Positions 26,991 through 39,300 of a stretch of 64,000 nt of DNA are shown piece by piece. The first letter of the stretch is position 1. Every line of letters begins with the position of its first letter. The translations under genes were made by a program, and so were the position numbers. The notes under the pieces were generated by a model, which saw only the letters and a list, made by a program, of their open reading frames with translations, had not been told where the DNA came from and searched no databases. The DNA comes from the human T2T-CHM13v2.0 reference genome, Homo sapiens: assembly GCF_009914755.1 (NCBI RefSeq), contig NC_060927.1. The stretch is one strand, 5' to 3'.

Positions 26991-28734
26991 CAGAGCAAGG
27001 GAAGCTCTTCAGGGAGATGCTTAGAAAACCCCCCCGAAGCGCGTATGAGAGGCATCCAGCCACGATCTAGTTTGATCCTATTGCGTTTTCTTAAAGTGAA
27101 CTGAGGAGCAGTTCAGCATCAGAAGCTGGGAGTTACTCTTATCTTTCTGCAATAGGTTAGAGATTTGAAAGTACAAAATGCAACTGTGTGAGATGCTCCC
27201 TTCGCTTAACGTACTTGACTGCCTTGTGCCACAGTTTCCTCATCTACAAAATGAGAACAGTGTATCTCCCTCACAGGGCCGTCACAGGGATTACATGCAG
27301 CTGTTCAGGTCAGGGTCTTAGAATAGCACTGCCGAATGATTGCCAGCTATTTTATTGTCTTTGTCATTCTATATTCCTTCCCCCGTCCAAAACACCATAA
27401 GGAATTCACCGTTCAGATCACTAGGATTAGCTCATACCATTAGGGGTGGATTTTGGCAGGCTAAAGGGAATGGATTCTTTTCCCTCATCTTAAAATAGGT
27501 CTGGCTATATTTTGAGGTTTTAGGCAAAGAGGTCTCAGGATATCCTTGTGATTCCCATTATGTCGCCTATTTTGGTCACTTTGTATCAGAAACCTTTAGA
27601 GACTTACGTCTGTTTCTGGAACTTTTTGTCTCATGCCATCATGTCCCTGGACAACAAATTCCTGTCCTCCCTTGGGAGGGCGGCAGAGTTCAGTTGGTGG
27701 TCTCTCTCATCCCTGCCAAGGGCTCTCTCCCAAGAGACAGGAGATGCCCCTTTGGTCAACGCCACCTTGCCCCAGTAGACACTTCGACCTTTCCTCCAAT
27801 CTGCCTCCAGTTGGCTTGGCTTCTTTTCTGTTCATTTGAGTCCTCTTCTCTTCATCACTTGCAATGCAGGCCAGTGCCAGTGCCTGACGCAGGGCACATA
27901 ATGGTGAGAGGAACACAGTCCCTACCCTCATAGGCCTCACAGTCAGGAGCACATTACAGGGACAGCCGTTTTGTGAGTGGTCACCCTGCACTCTTCTCTA
28001 CACACTCTCACTACCACCTTTGAGGTAGATGGTATCTTCCAATTACACCTGAGGAAACTGAGGCTTGGTGAGGTTAGGTAACTTGCTCAGAGTCACACTG
28101 TCAGTAACTGGTGGAGGCAGGAGAGCCTCACAACTCTGTTGATTCCCAAGTTGACACTGCCTTTTATTCAAGCATGTGAAAAAGTCCTTGCATCAGTGAA
28201 ACTGGCATTTCACGTTCCAGTTTGCATCTGTGCTTTCAAGTCTCCAACCTATCACAGAAAGATAAGAGTAACTCTCAGCTTCTGATCATGCTACCTCAGT
28301 TCACTTTTAGGAAACGCAATAGGATCAAACCAGATTATGGTTGGCTGCCTCTCCTGTGCTTTGCGGGGGGATTTTCTAAGCTGTGTGGACCTTGACTTGT
28401 TTGTGTCTTCAAGTGATGTGCTCCTTTTGGTATCAAAGCAGTACTCAATGTGTCTGGTAAGAACCAGAAAACACTGACACTTCAAATTATTCTACTAATA
28501 AGGAAAGCCTGCAACCAAAAGAAATCGGGCTGCCTGTAAAAGGAGAGAGACCTGAGCAGGGAACACCCATGTGTTCCAGAGTTGGGAGAGCTCCCTCCAT
28601 GCCAGCAGGCCGGAAGGTAGGGAGGGTGATCTGGTGGCCTAATTAAACTGCTGCCCCCCCTCCCCCACAAAGACTGGCCGGACCTGGTCGTGAGCCTGCA
28701 TTAAAGCTGTGTCCTTAGAAAAATATTAACACCT

Positions 28735-29420
28735 GGAGATGAAAATGTGCAAAGTTCATAAGCAGGCAGTTAACAAAAGCAGAAATCCAGATGGTCAGTA
28801 AACATGGAAAAATGTTCATCCTTGGTGCTAAACAAAGACATGCTAATTAAAACAGCGCAATCCTGTGTTTTACCTGTGACATTAGTAAAGGTTAAAAAGC
28901 CTGATGGTGCCCAGTACTAGTGAGAGTGGGGTAAAATGGGCATGATTCTTTACTAGTGGTGAATGTAAACTGATCCTGCCTTTCTGAAAGCAGCAGGCAA
29001 AATGTTTCTCTTATACCATTTGACTCAAATACTCCATTTCCAAAAATTCGCCGAAAAGGAATAACTAGACGAGCACGTATGGAGGCATGTATAGAAGTGT
29101 TCCTCACAGCATTATTTATTATGACATATAATTGGAAACATCTTGACTGTTTTTAAAAAACATATTGGTTATGTTAATCATGTTTTTCCCATATAGTGAA
29201 ATACCAGGTGATCATTTTTGACAGGAAAATGTTCCTGATGGCTTGGTGAAAGGCTGGTTATGTGCCAGTATTATGGTCTAATATTTTTGTAAACAATATA
29301 TATCTATAAATTGCATTTTTTAAGGCCAGAAGGAATTAAGCTATTGAGCGAATGTCTCTAGATGGTGAATTATTAGTGACTTTTTTTCCTTTGTGCTTTT
29401 GTTTTCCAAGTTTTCTCCAT
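28735..29420 (+). mobile_element. Degenerate L1M (L1ME-like) fragment
   Basis: gaaatccagatggtcagtaaacatggaaaaatgttcatcc...tggtgaatgtaaactgat...cacagcattatttat. Confidence 0.6.
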
Positions 29421-30389
29421 TGAACATGTATAATTTTCCAATTAGAAGAAAGCTTTTCTTTTATATAAATAATACTTATTGATTGTTTTAAAATCAGAAA
29501 CTATAGATGAGTGAAAAGAAAAAAATCGCTTGTCATTTCTATGATTTGGAGCCTGTGTAATCTCTGCGGTCCTTAACCACAGAAAACAAGTGCCATTTGT
29601 TTGTTGTCTGAAGTTGCGCTTACTTGCCACTTTATATTGAGCTGCTGGAAAACATTTAACCAACATTAACAGCAACACTTTGCCTTCTGTCATATTGTAT
29701 TGACTAAAATCCCTCTTCCTTGCTTCCCTTTAAGTATCCTACTCTACCCAATGCCCTTCACAGAACTAGTCTCAGAACACAGATTGGTGTCAAGGAGGCA
29801 GAAAAGCCAATCGACCGGAAAATGACCTCAGATGAAAAATTCTAAATTGGAAGGGACTCAGAGATCAGCTGTCTCAGTCCACTTATTTTACAGATGAGGA
29901 AACAGATCCAGAGAGCTTAGATGGCTTGGCCGACATCTTGCAACAAATTAAAAGCAGTCAGGATTCAACCCTGTCCCCTGACTCACTTCATGGTGCAGTC
30001 ACACCCCAAAGCCACAGTGGAGACCAAACCTTCTGTACAGGATTAGACAGCAGCCAGAGGCCATGCTAAAAACTAGCCTCAGGTCTAAGAGTAACTTCAG
30101 AGAGCTCTCTCCCCACACTCCCCACCATTCTCCCAGTCAAGTATCTGTGACTGTAGCTCTTGGAAAACTAGCCATCATCCTCCCATACCTATATGTACCT
30201 ACAAGGATCCTCCATTCCTCAGGAAGCCAACTTCTTGCAAAGAGCAGGTTCCTTAGCAGAGGGCAAGCCTGGATTGTGAAGGCACTGTGACCTGCAGGGG
30301 TCTTACCCTCGCAATGTTAACGTCACTAATGTCCCTGCGATACACTAGCTATGTGACCCTGCCCCAGTCTCTTGATCAGGAAATTGATG

Positions 30390-30615
30390 ATAATTACTAT
30401 TTACTGTACTTACTGAGCATATGGATGCCAGTGTGCTAAGCACTGTGCGTACGTGGTTTACTTATTCTTCATAACAACTCTACATCCTCCAGTCTGCAAA
30501 TGAGGAAATGGAGACTCAGAGGGGATGAGGAAAGTGCCTAGCCCGAGATCATACGGTGGACAGTAGCTGAGCTGAGATTTGAATTTACATCTAAGTCCAG
30601 AGTTCTTGCCACTGA
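30390..30615 (-). mobile_element. MIR SINE
   Basis: Reverse MIR core: tgcaaatgaggaaatggagactcagagg...gctgagatttgaa. Confidence 0.65.
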
Positions 30616-31056
30616 CGCTGGCTTGTAGTACGTCTGCCTTCCCACCAGACACTGGGCTGCAGGAGGGCAGGGACCAGGGTGGCTGGCTCTTCATAAACTC
30701 AATTCAGTACCTTCTAAATGAATGGATGCCAAGACCCTCATCACTTTCCTCTCCCTTTGTCTCTGAAACTCATTGGCACAAGCATGTATTTTCTCTATTT
30801 CCAGTCCCTCTAAATGGCTCTGGATACTACTTGAAGTTGCTATTGTTTCCTGCTTCCTCTTCTGTGTTTATTTTTCCTCATTTTTACCATCTCCGTTTCA
30901 CTGTGAAGCCAGGGAAGATGTTCAGTGTTAAGATCATATGTAGTGCTTTTGAGTGTCTAAGAGGGCAAACTCTCTATAAACCAAGTTTGCATTATGGGAT
31001 AGTGATGTACATCTAACATCAAGGCTTCTTAAAATTCTTTTTGTTTGTTTTCAAAG

Positions 31057-31252
31057 CTTTTTGATTTAGTGTACAGAGAAGAGACTTTGCTTAATGTCAT
31101 TAAAAGTGTCACTCGCAATGGACGGTCCATCATCCTGACAGCAGTTCTGGCTCTGATCCTCGTTTACCTGTTCTCAATAGTGGGCTATCTTTTCTTCAAG
31201 GATGACTTTATCTTGGAAGTAGATAGGCTGCCCAATGAAACAGCTGTTCCAG
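31057..31252 (+). CDS. ITPR1: ITPR1 coding exon ([22 protein letters not shown]...LPNETAVP), S4-S5 linker, S5 and start of luminal loop
   Basis: ttcaaag|CTT...CCAG|gtgggt; 196 nt, phase 0-1; NET sequon. Confidence 0.97.
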
Positions 31253-31831
31253 GTGGGTTTGGGATCTTCTGATCTTTTTAATGCTAAAAGATTATTTCCT
31301 GATTATAACTGAACTAAAGAAAATAACGACTTTAGTAATGCAGATATCTCCCCATTGTATCTCCCTAACACGCAGAGTGTGAATTTCAAATACAGGTCTT
31401 CATTCTCACAATGAATGTGGCAATGTGGCATATCAAATGCTAAGAGTGGGTGACCAGATCTGACATTTATTTATTCACTAACATCATCTTTTAAACTAGT
31501 GCAACTTTTTTGTAAAGCAGTGACCATACATATTGAGAGCGTTGGAGTATGCATCCCTTTAACTGAGTAAATCTACTTCTAGGATCAATACTTAAAGAAA
31601 AAAAGGCTGCCGACTGTGCACGTAGAAACAGACATATATGGGAGAACGTTCGCTGCAGTGTACAGTTGGAAGCAGTGTAAATGTTCGGGGGTGTTTCATC
31701 AGATCATGGTACATCCATGAGGTGGGGTGCCTTGCACATAGGTACATCTTTAGAAACCTCCATGGAAAAATACCCACAAGATGTAGTTGGAAATGGCAGA
31801 AGGATAACTATAGTAGGATCACATGTATGTC

Positions 31832-32167
<336 letters not shown>

Positions 32168-32931
32168 TAAAACATGGATGACTGTACCTCCAGACTGCTA
32201 GCAGTAGCTCTCTCTGGGGCTTTTTTACTATATGCAGGTTTTACAGTGAGCTCATGTTATTTTTACACATAGCAAGAACAGAAGAGATTTCCAATTCTGA
32301 GAGTGAAAAAAAATGACCATAATACTTGAATGGTACCCAAGTGCCCTCTTCTCTCAGTTACAATAGTTGGCCCGACTTAGTGAAATACTACTGGTTTTTC
32401 ATCCCGAGTCTAAGAAACAGACTAGAATCGTTGTGGCTGACTGAGCCAGCCAGCCTTTGTGCTCTCCCTCCCAAATGCTGTGTTCTTGGCATGTATCTCC
32501 AGCCTCCCAAGTTGACACTAAGTGACATTTACTGCCAGCCATCTTAGAGTTGTGGACTAAACTGGCCTGGACCTTGGATTTCTATTAATGCCTGCTAATG
32601 CTTCTCGTGCAGACTTGGTATAAATCTTGCCAGAGTCTGTACGTTCAGTAGTATCTGTCTAAGAGTTTCAGCTGTTTGTCTTTAAAGTTGGAGAGGTGCT
32701 ATTTAAGTGCGATATTTCTAGTAAGCCTACAGGAATTGACATTTTTGGCTTTTTTCCCATCCAGATCACCAAATGAAAGTGTAAATTGCATTTCTGCTTT
32801 GAATTTATATGCAAGATTCTAGGGTGTTATTTATGTAAAGAATTGTTTAATCAGCCGTGAATTGGGGACTTCAAACATTTTAACCATATGCTGCCAGATT
32901 GTTCATCATAAAATTTCCTTCTCTCTCCCAG

Positions 32932-33024
32932 AAACCGGCGAGAGTTTGGCAAGCGAGTTCCTGTTCTCCGATGTGTGTAGGGTGGAGAGTGGGGAGAACT
33001 GCTCCTCTCCTGCACCCAGAGAAG
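32932..33024 (+). CDS. ITPR1: ITPR1 coding exon ([31 protein letters not shown]), variable luminal loop
   Basis: ctcccag|AA...GAAG|gtagga; 93 nt, phase 1-1; the ORF track shows only another frame here. Confidence 0.95.
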
Positions 33025-34212
33025 GTAGGACCTCCTAACTGTAAGCCCCATGTTAATATCGGACTCCTCCAGAGGCTTAGCTGATGCAGGTGATGTTGGA
33101 AGAAGATTAAATTTACTGCTCAGGAGTAAGGCTATAGCAAAGGGGAAAGGCTGAGAAAGAGGAGGGAGATGAAGGGAAAAGAAGGTTACACCTGAAGAAA
33201 AGATCTGATGTGATTCAGCCGATTTATACTGAGTGCCCGCCATTTGCCAGGGACTGTGGTGTACTCTAAGAGACAGTAATGTAGTGGAGGGTGCGGGCAG
33301 GCCAAATGGTGATTGCTAGAGAGTTGCCCAATGCTGGGAATAAGGATGGAATACAGAAGTTAGGCACCCGGCCTACTACTGGGCTAAGCGTATCATCAAG
33401 AAAGTGATATCCAAACTATAAAAGGAGACTCTTGATATTCCAAGGAGAGGGAACAGTACATCTAAAGGCTTTAAAGGTAAAAAGAAAAAAACAGCAAGTT
33501 TGGGGAGATAATGATTATAAGGAAGGAGAGTGGCAAGAAATGAAGCCACAGATACAAACAAAGGGCTAGATCATGAAGGATCTTCTATGTCAGGCGTAGG
33601 AGGTTAAACTTCGTCCAGAGGATGGTCAGGGGTTGTTGGAAGATGAGTGATGAAATCTGTGTTTTAGCAAGACCCTCTGCAGCTGGAGAAAGGAATGAGG
33701 CACACAGCAAGGCATGGCTCTTACTGCATAAACCAGTGAGAATGAACAGCCTCCAATGTAAAGCAGTTGATCCAGAGGCCCTGCCGTGAAATATCCCTGG
33801 ATATAGTCCTCACACCATTCCCAGTGAGGAACCTGGGTCCTGTGGCATAACCCTCATCTGAGAGACAAGAGGCCTGTGACTCAGAGTTGCGAAGCAACTC
33901 ATCTGACATGAAAAGACTGTTTGCGGCTGGGTCTGGGGTTTAAAACCTGAAAAGGACAGGGCATGTTTTAGATCCCACAGAGGGAGAGCAATACTACCAT
34001 AGCTGGAGAAATTAGCGGGGGTTAGCGATGAAAACAGTTGCCCCAGACGACTTTAGCTTTTGAAAGAAAATAAGAAAATTCTTGGCTCTTGATTCCTTAA
34101 TTTTATTCTTTCGTGTGCCTGGTGAGATGGCATTCAGGAAACAGGATTTCAAAATCCCGGTCTCTCTTTTCTCCTCACGTTTTCTCTCTGTTGTTACTTG
34201 CCGTGTTCACAG

Positions 34213-34352
34213 AGCTGGTCCCTGCAGAAGAGACGGAACAGGATAAAGAGCACACATGTGAGACGCTGCTGATGTGCATTGTCACCGTGCTGAGTCACGG
34301 GCTGCGGAGCGGGGGTGGAGTAGGAGATGTACTCAGGAAACCGTCCAAAGAG
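34213..34352 (+). CDS. ITPR1: ITPR1 coding exon (ELVPAEE...[18 protein letters not shown]), pore helix and selectivity filter
   Basis: tcacag|AG...GAG|gtaaat; 140 nt, phase 1-0; GGGVGD filter at 34311-34328, the IP3R signature (GGGIGD in RyR). Confidence 0.98.
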
Positions 34353-34842
34353 GTAAATTAATCCCGAGGGGAAGGAAGGGCAAAGGGGGCGGGTGGGGTG
34401 GTTGGTGGGAGCACCATGCAGCGGTGTTGAGTGTAAACTGAAGACGCAGAGGAAGAGCTGGGAGTAGGGCTGAGTAGCTGCGGAACTAGCTCATCAGGCT
34501 CCTTTCCTCTCTATCACGTGAGGTGGTGCCGCAAAATCAGCTGCGTGGAAAGGGTTGGCTTTGGCTCTCTGTTCAGTAGACTTAGGGACTGTTTCCATCA
34601 GGGTTAGGCCTGATCCACCTGAACGCACAGTGAATATCCCTCCTGGCTGTGTCACACCACACTTGGAGAAGTCGCAATTGAGACAGGGGACATGAAAAGA
34701 GATGCAGTTTTCAGTTTAAAAGTTGAATGCCCAATTTAATTTCTACCCAAGTAGATGAGGTCTCACTTGAGCTGTGCCCCAGGCTCCGCAGACCAAAGGG
34801 TCGCAAGGGACCCAGACTGATCCAGACACCTCTCTTTTCCAG

Positions 34843-35008
34843 GAACCCCTGTTTGCTGCTAGAGTTATTTATGACCTCTTGTTCTTCTTCATGGTCATCA
34901 TCATTGTTCTTAACCTGATTTTTGGGGTTATCATTGACACTTTTGCTGACCTGAGGAGTGAGAAGCAGAAGAAGGAAGAGATCTTGAAGACCACGTGCTT
35001 TATCTGTG
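34843..35008 (+). CDS. ITPR1: ITPR1 coding exon ([55 protein letters not shown]), S6 gate and zinc-finger cysteines
   Basis: ttccag|GAA...TGTG|gtgagt; 166 nt, phase 0-1; [13 protein letters not shown] and CFICG motifs. Confidence 0.98.
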
Positions 35009-35204
35009 GTGAGTGTCGCTGGCCAGCTCCAGCAAGGGCGTGAAGGCCCAGCGTGGCAGAGGCATGTGGATACTGCGAGGGTGTGATGGGCGGGGTGCGT
35101 GCCCAGTTATGCGGGAGGGGGCACCGGCTGCTGCTTCGTCTTGACTCTTCTACCCTCTGCCGTGAGTGAGGCTCTCCTTGGCCTTTATTCTGCTGGGAAG
35201 TATT

Positions 35205-35400
35205 TACAGACCTGGGTTCTGACTGAGCTTCTACCACTTAACTAACTGTGTAACATCATTTAGTCATTTAACATCTTTAATCCTTCTTTCTTCATCTGTA
35301 AAATGGGTACAATAACATGTCCTTCTCTGCATTATTGTGAGAATTATGAGAGACAGCGTATGTAACACTCCTAGCTAGAACCTGGCACACTATAGGCACG
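35205..35400 (+). mobile_element. MIR SINE
   Basis: cctgggttct...ttcatctgtaaaatggg...ttgtgagaattatgag...cctggcacac. Confidence 0.7.
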
Positions 35401-35775
35401 GGAGGAGAAGTAGTGAACGGCTACGTAAAAGAGGTGCATGGACACCAAACAAATCATTTTCAGTATAACTACAGGAAAATATTTGTAAATGTAAACTAAT
35501 CATGGAGGAATCTGGGGAGCTGAGTAATCATTTCAGGATTATTCATAATATAGCTACTAAATATATAAATTTCCTAGTGGTATGTATGCTAAAAAAAAAG
35601 ATCAGTTTCCAATTAAAGACTTAAATTCTTTGCTTTTTGCCCCCTTAAAACCTTTTTAAGCTTTTTGCTTTGGCATAATTTCAGAGTTATAGAAAAGACA
35701 TGACTATCCAAAGAATTTCTATATATTCTTCACCCAGAATCCCCAAATATTAATATTTTATCTCATTTGCTTTAT

Positions 35776-35802
35776 ACACACACACACACACACACACACA
35801 CA
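35776..35802 (+). repeat. (CA)13 microsatellite
   Basis: Direct reading. Confidence 0.95.
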
Positions 35803-36235
35803 TTTTCTAATGTGAGTGGCTGACAGTGATGCTTTCTTATCCCTAAATATTTTAGTACACATTTCCTAAAAACAAGAACATTCTCTTGTGTATCTACAGT
35901 ATAATTATCAAAATTGGGAAATTAAAACAGATCCAATACTGTTATCTCATCTACAGACCTTATTCAAATTTCACCCTTCATTCCAATAATGTCCTTTGCA
36001 AATCCCACCTCCTGCGGGGCTTCAGTCACCATGCCTCGTGAGCCTCCGCTGACACTGTTGAAGAATGTAGGTCAATTATTTTGTAGAATGTCCCTTGATT
36101 TGAGTTTGTCTGATGTTTGCTCATGGTAAGATTGAGGGTATGTATTTTCCACAGGAATATCAAAGACATGCTGTTGTGTTCTTCTCATTGCATCGTATCA
36201 GGAGGCATGTAATGCCAGTTCATCTTGTAACTAGT

Positions 36236-36474
36236 ATCTCGGCTCACTGTAACCTCCACCTCCCAGGGTTCAAGCAATTCTCGTGCTTCAGCCACCTGAG
36301 TAGCTAGGATTACAGGTGCCTCTCACCACAACTGGCTGATTTTTTGTATTTGAGTAGAGATGGGATTTCACTATGTTGCTGAGAGGCTGGTCTTGAACTA
36401 CTGAGCTCAGGCAATCTGCCCGTTTTAGCTTCCCAAAGTGTTAGGATTACAGGCATGAGCCACTGCGCCCAGCC
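36236..36474 (-). mobile_element. Alu lacking its 3' end and poly-A tail
   Basis: Starts abruptly at atctcggctcactgtaacctcc with no T-run; ends at gcgcccagcc. Confidence 0.9.
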
Positions 36475-37867
36475 GTGATACTAACGTTGATCATTTGGTT
36501 AAGGTGCTAATTGCCAGGTTTTTCCAGTAACTCCATAAAGTTACTTTTTTGGAGAGACACTCTGTAAATATCGTGCTATTCCTTAAACTTTCACCCCTCA
36601 GCTTTAGCATTCATTGATGATGCTTGGCTAACTCTATTATGATGATGGTTGCCCAATGATGATTTTTATTTTATTATTATTTCTACATTTCTTTATTGGC
36701 TTTTTATTGTAAGAAAGAATTTTTTCTTCTCCCCACGTATGTGTTTATATTTCTGTGTTTGTATTTGTAACTACATGGACTTGTGGATTTTTATTTTATT
36801 CAATGGGCTATTTATTTTGATGTTCAAATTGCTTCAGATGTGGCCAGTGAGAGCCCTTTCCAGCTGACTCCTGGGTTTAGTCATGTCATCGTCATTTTCT
36901 ATGTACTTTCTTACTTTTTTGGCATCATAATATATTCCAGGCTTAGGCTCACCTTGTACATTTCCTGAGCCATCCCTGGAATCAGCTATTTCTCCAAAGA
37001 GCCCCGGTTCTTTTTACTGGAGAAAGGTATTTAGAAGCCAAGATCTGGGGACTGAGTGTGCTCATTCCTGTTGGTGTGCTGCTGCTCTCAGGGCTTATTA
37101 GGGTGCAGATCTAGAGGAGAGGTGTATGCATCTGCATATGTGTGTATGTGTGCACAGCACATGTATCTGCACACATCTGTGTATATATGTATGAAAAAGG
37201 ATGAATTCATACTGATACCTTTAATTCCATTTCAGCATTACAGGGTTTATTCTTTCTCCCTTTCTCTATTTGTGTTCTTTTCTCAGGCAGTGAGGAATCC
37301 AGCTCCCATTATCCGTGATATATTTATTTGATCAATCCTAGAATACGTACAGACTAGAATTGCTCACCCCGGCCTCTTCAAATTATAAACCTACCAGCTA
37401 GAGTTCAAAATTTGTTTAAAGTTCTTGTTGTCCTTACTTATTCTGTCTCCTCAAAAAACCTTAACATATCTGCATTTTGGCATTTACCTGGGCGAAGGGA
37501 CTTCACATTCCCTGGTTGCATGCAATATGTGAGAGTGTCACACACATTCTCATTTTACCCCTAAACACTCCTGGAACCTAGACGGCGGTCTCCCCATTCA
37601 CTAACAAGGCCACTAAGGCATGTGGAGATGAAGCAGCAACTGCCAAGTGGCAGAGGTGGGATTCAAACCCAAGTCTGTCTGACTCACAGCCTGTGTTTTC
37701 CTGCCATAATGTAAACATGAATGTACTTATAAGGCCGACAGAATCCAACTCTTTATAAAGACAGGAGTGAAACCACAGCCCCCTTTCTACTGACAGTTCT
37801 GTTATTGATTTTTTTTCTTTACCAAGACTGCTCAGCTGGGGCTGGGGGCTTTTTGTCTCATTTTTAG

Positions 37868-38028
37868 GCTTGGAAAGAGACAAGTTTGACAACAAGACTG
37901 TCACCTTTGAAGAGCACATCAAGGAAGAACACAACATGTGGCACTATCTGTGCTTCATCGTCCTGGTGAAAGTAAAGGACTCCACCGAATATACTGGGCC
38001 TGAGAGTTACGTGGCAGAAATGATCAAG
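37868..38028 (+). CDS. ITPR1: ITPR1 coding exon ([27 protein letters not shown]...[13 protein letters not shown]), linker domain with zinc-finger histidines
   Basis: ttttag|GC...AAG|gtgagt; 161 nt, phase 1-0. Confidence 0.98.
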
Positions 38029-39129
38029 GTGAGTGGAAAGGCCTCCTGGGAGCAAGGTGGACTTGGGGCCTACTCAGCTCTGAGCAAGGCCCCAGCAGCC
38101 CATCGGGGAGCTGCACAACAGAAGAATAACATCCGATGTTGCCTGAGCCCTTCTCACGGATGGGGCGCTGTGCTCTGTGAACTTCGTGTGTTCTCTGGAG
38201 TGATCCTCAGAACCACTAGATAGGTGGTATTGGCCTGTGTTAGTGGGGGAAATGTTGAGCCTCGGTGAGATTAGCACGTGACCACGGAACTGGGGCTGGG
38301 ATTTTAATCTGGATCAAACTCCATAGCCCGATTTCCTGTCGCTATGTGAATCTGCCTCTTTTCTTGATAGTGCTTTTTTCCCCTTTCTTTTTAATTAACA
38401 CCTACTCTCTAAGAGGTGTCTTAGAGGCAAAGTGACTGCTCACTGCAGTCCAGCATGGTTTGTGTTTGCCCTCAGCCTCGCCTTTCTGGGAGACACTCTA
38501 CTAATCGTTAAGAAGTGATCATATGATGGAGGAATTTGAGTTCCAAATTAATCTTTTCGCTGATGGGAAGTGTGGATACTGTGTCCCAGGAAGCGGGGAA
38601 GCTGCTTCAGGCTGTTAGAGAACACTTCTCGGGCAGAGTTTGCTGAGACACCAAACGTGCGCTGTGGGTGTCCCGGGCCAGCTGTCCTTTCAGACCTGTG
38701 CTTTCCGAACATCATTAAAATGTTCAGGGGTGGATAGTGGCGTGAGGAGCATGAACTGTGAAATCGAGGGAGTCTCTGTGATTCACGCTGGCTGCCTCTG
38801 AGGAGAAGGGGCCAACTCTCCTTCCAGTTACCAAGGACTTGAGTGCTCGGCCTGATAATGACTTACCCTAAAGGAGCCTGCTTTTTACCTAGATGTAATT
38901 TTCAAGCTTTTTATGTAAAGATACTGGAAGTCAGGTCTGTTCAGATAAGTATCATCATTGACAGGCCTAGAGGCAGCCAGGCTTTCAGTTTTATTGCCAG
39001 CAGGGCAGCGATTACGTGGTTGTGTTTGCTGAATACCCCGATTACAGAGGCACAGAGGCCTCTCCTAGGTTCTGGAGGGCTTTCTGGAGATTCTGTGCCG
39101 TCTGTACCCTTGAGGTCCTTAGAGTTGAA

Positions 39130-39300
39130 TTCCATGCTTCTCAAATTTTATTGTACATATGAATCACCTGTGGAGCATGTTAAAATTCACATTTTGACTC
39201 AGCACTCACTTCCAGGACTTGAGATATTCTGCATTTCCAACAACCTTCCAGGAGATGCCGAAGCTGCTGGCCCGGGAATCACCCTTTAAGTAGTAAGAGC
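39130..39300. mobile_element. MER5A-like hAT MITE
   Basis: cttctcaaatttt...gaatcacctg...tctgcatttccaacaaccttccaggagatgccgaagctgctgg. Confidence 0.7.

Larger units (their letters stand above)
35650..37410 (-). mobile_element. Old L1M (L1MC-like) 3' region, interrupted by (CA)n and an Alu fragment
   Basis: ataatttcagagttatagaaaag...ttttgtagaatgtccc...ttgatcatttggttaaggtg...ccctggaatcagctatttctccaaagagccc. Confidence 0.75.

Noticed and set aside
34514-34521. TCACGTGA E-box, plus other CACGTG and TGASTCA sites across the window
   Set aside because: Counts look compatible with chance in 64 kb; single motifs cannot be called functional from sequence.
34869-35237. 122-aa minus-strand ORF overlapping the S6 exon
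   Set aside because: Non-ATG start inside a MIR; open antisense frames are common opposite coding sequence; no independent support.
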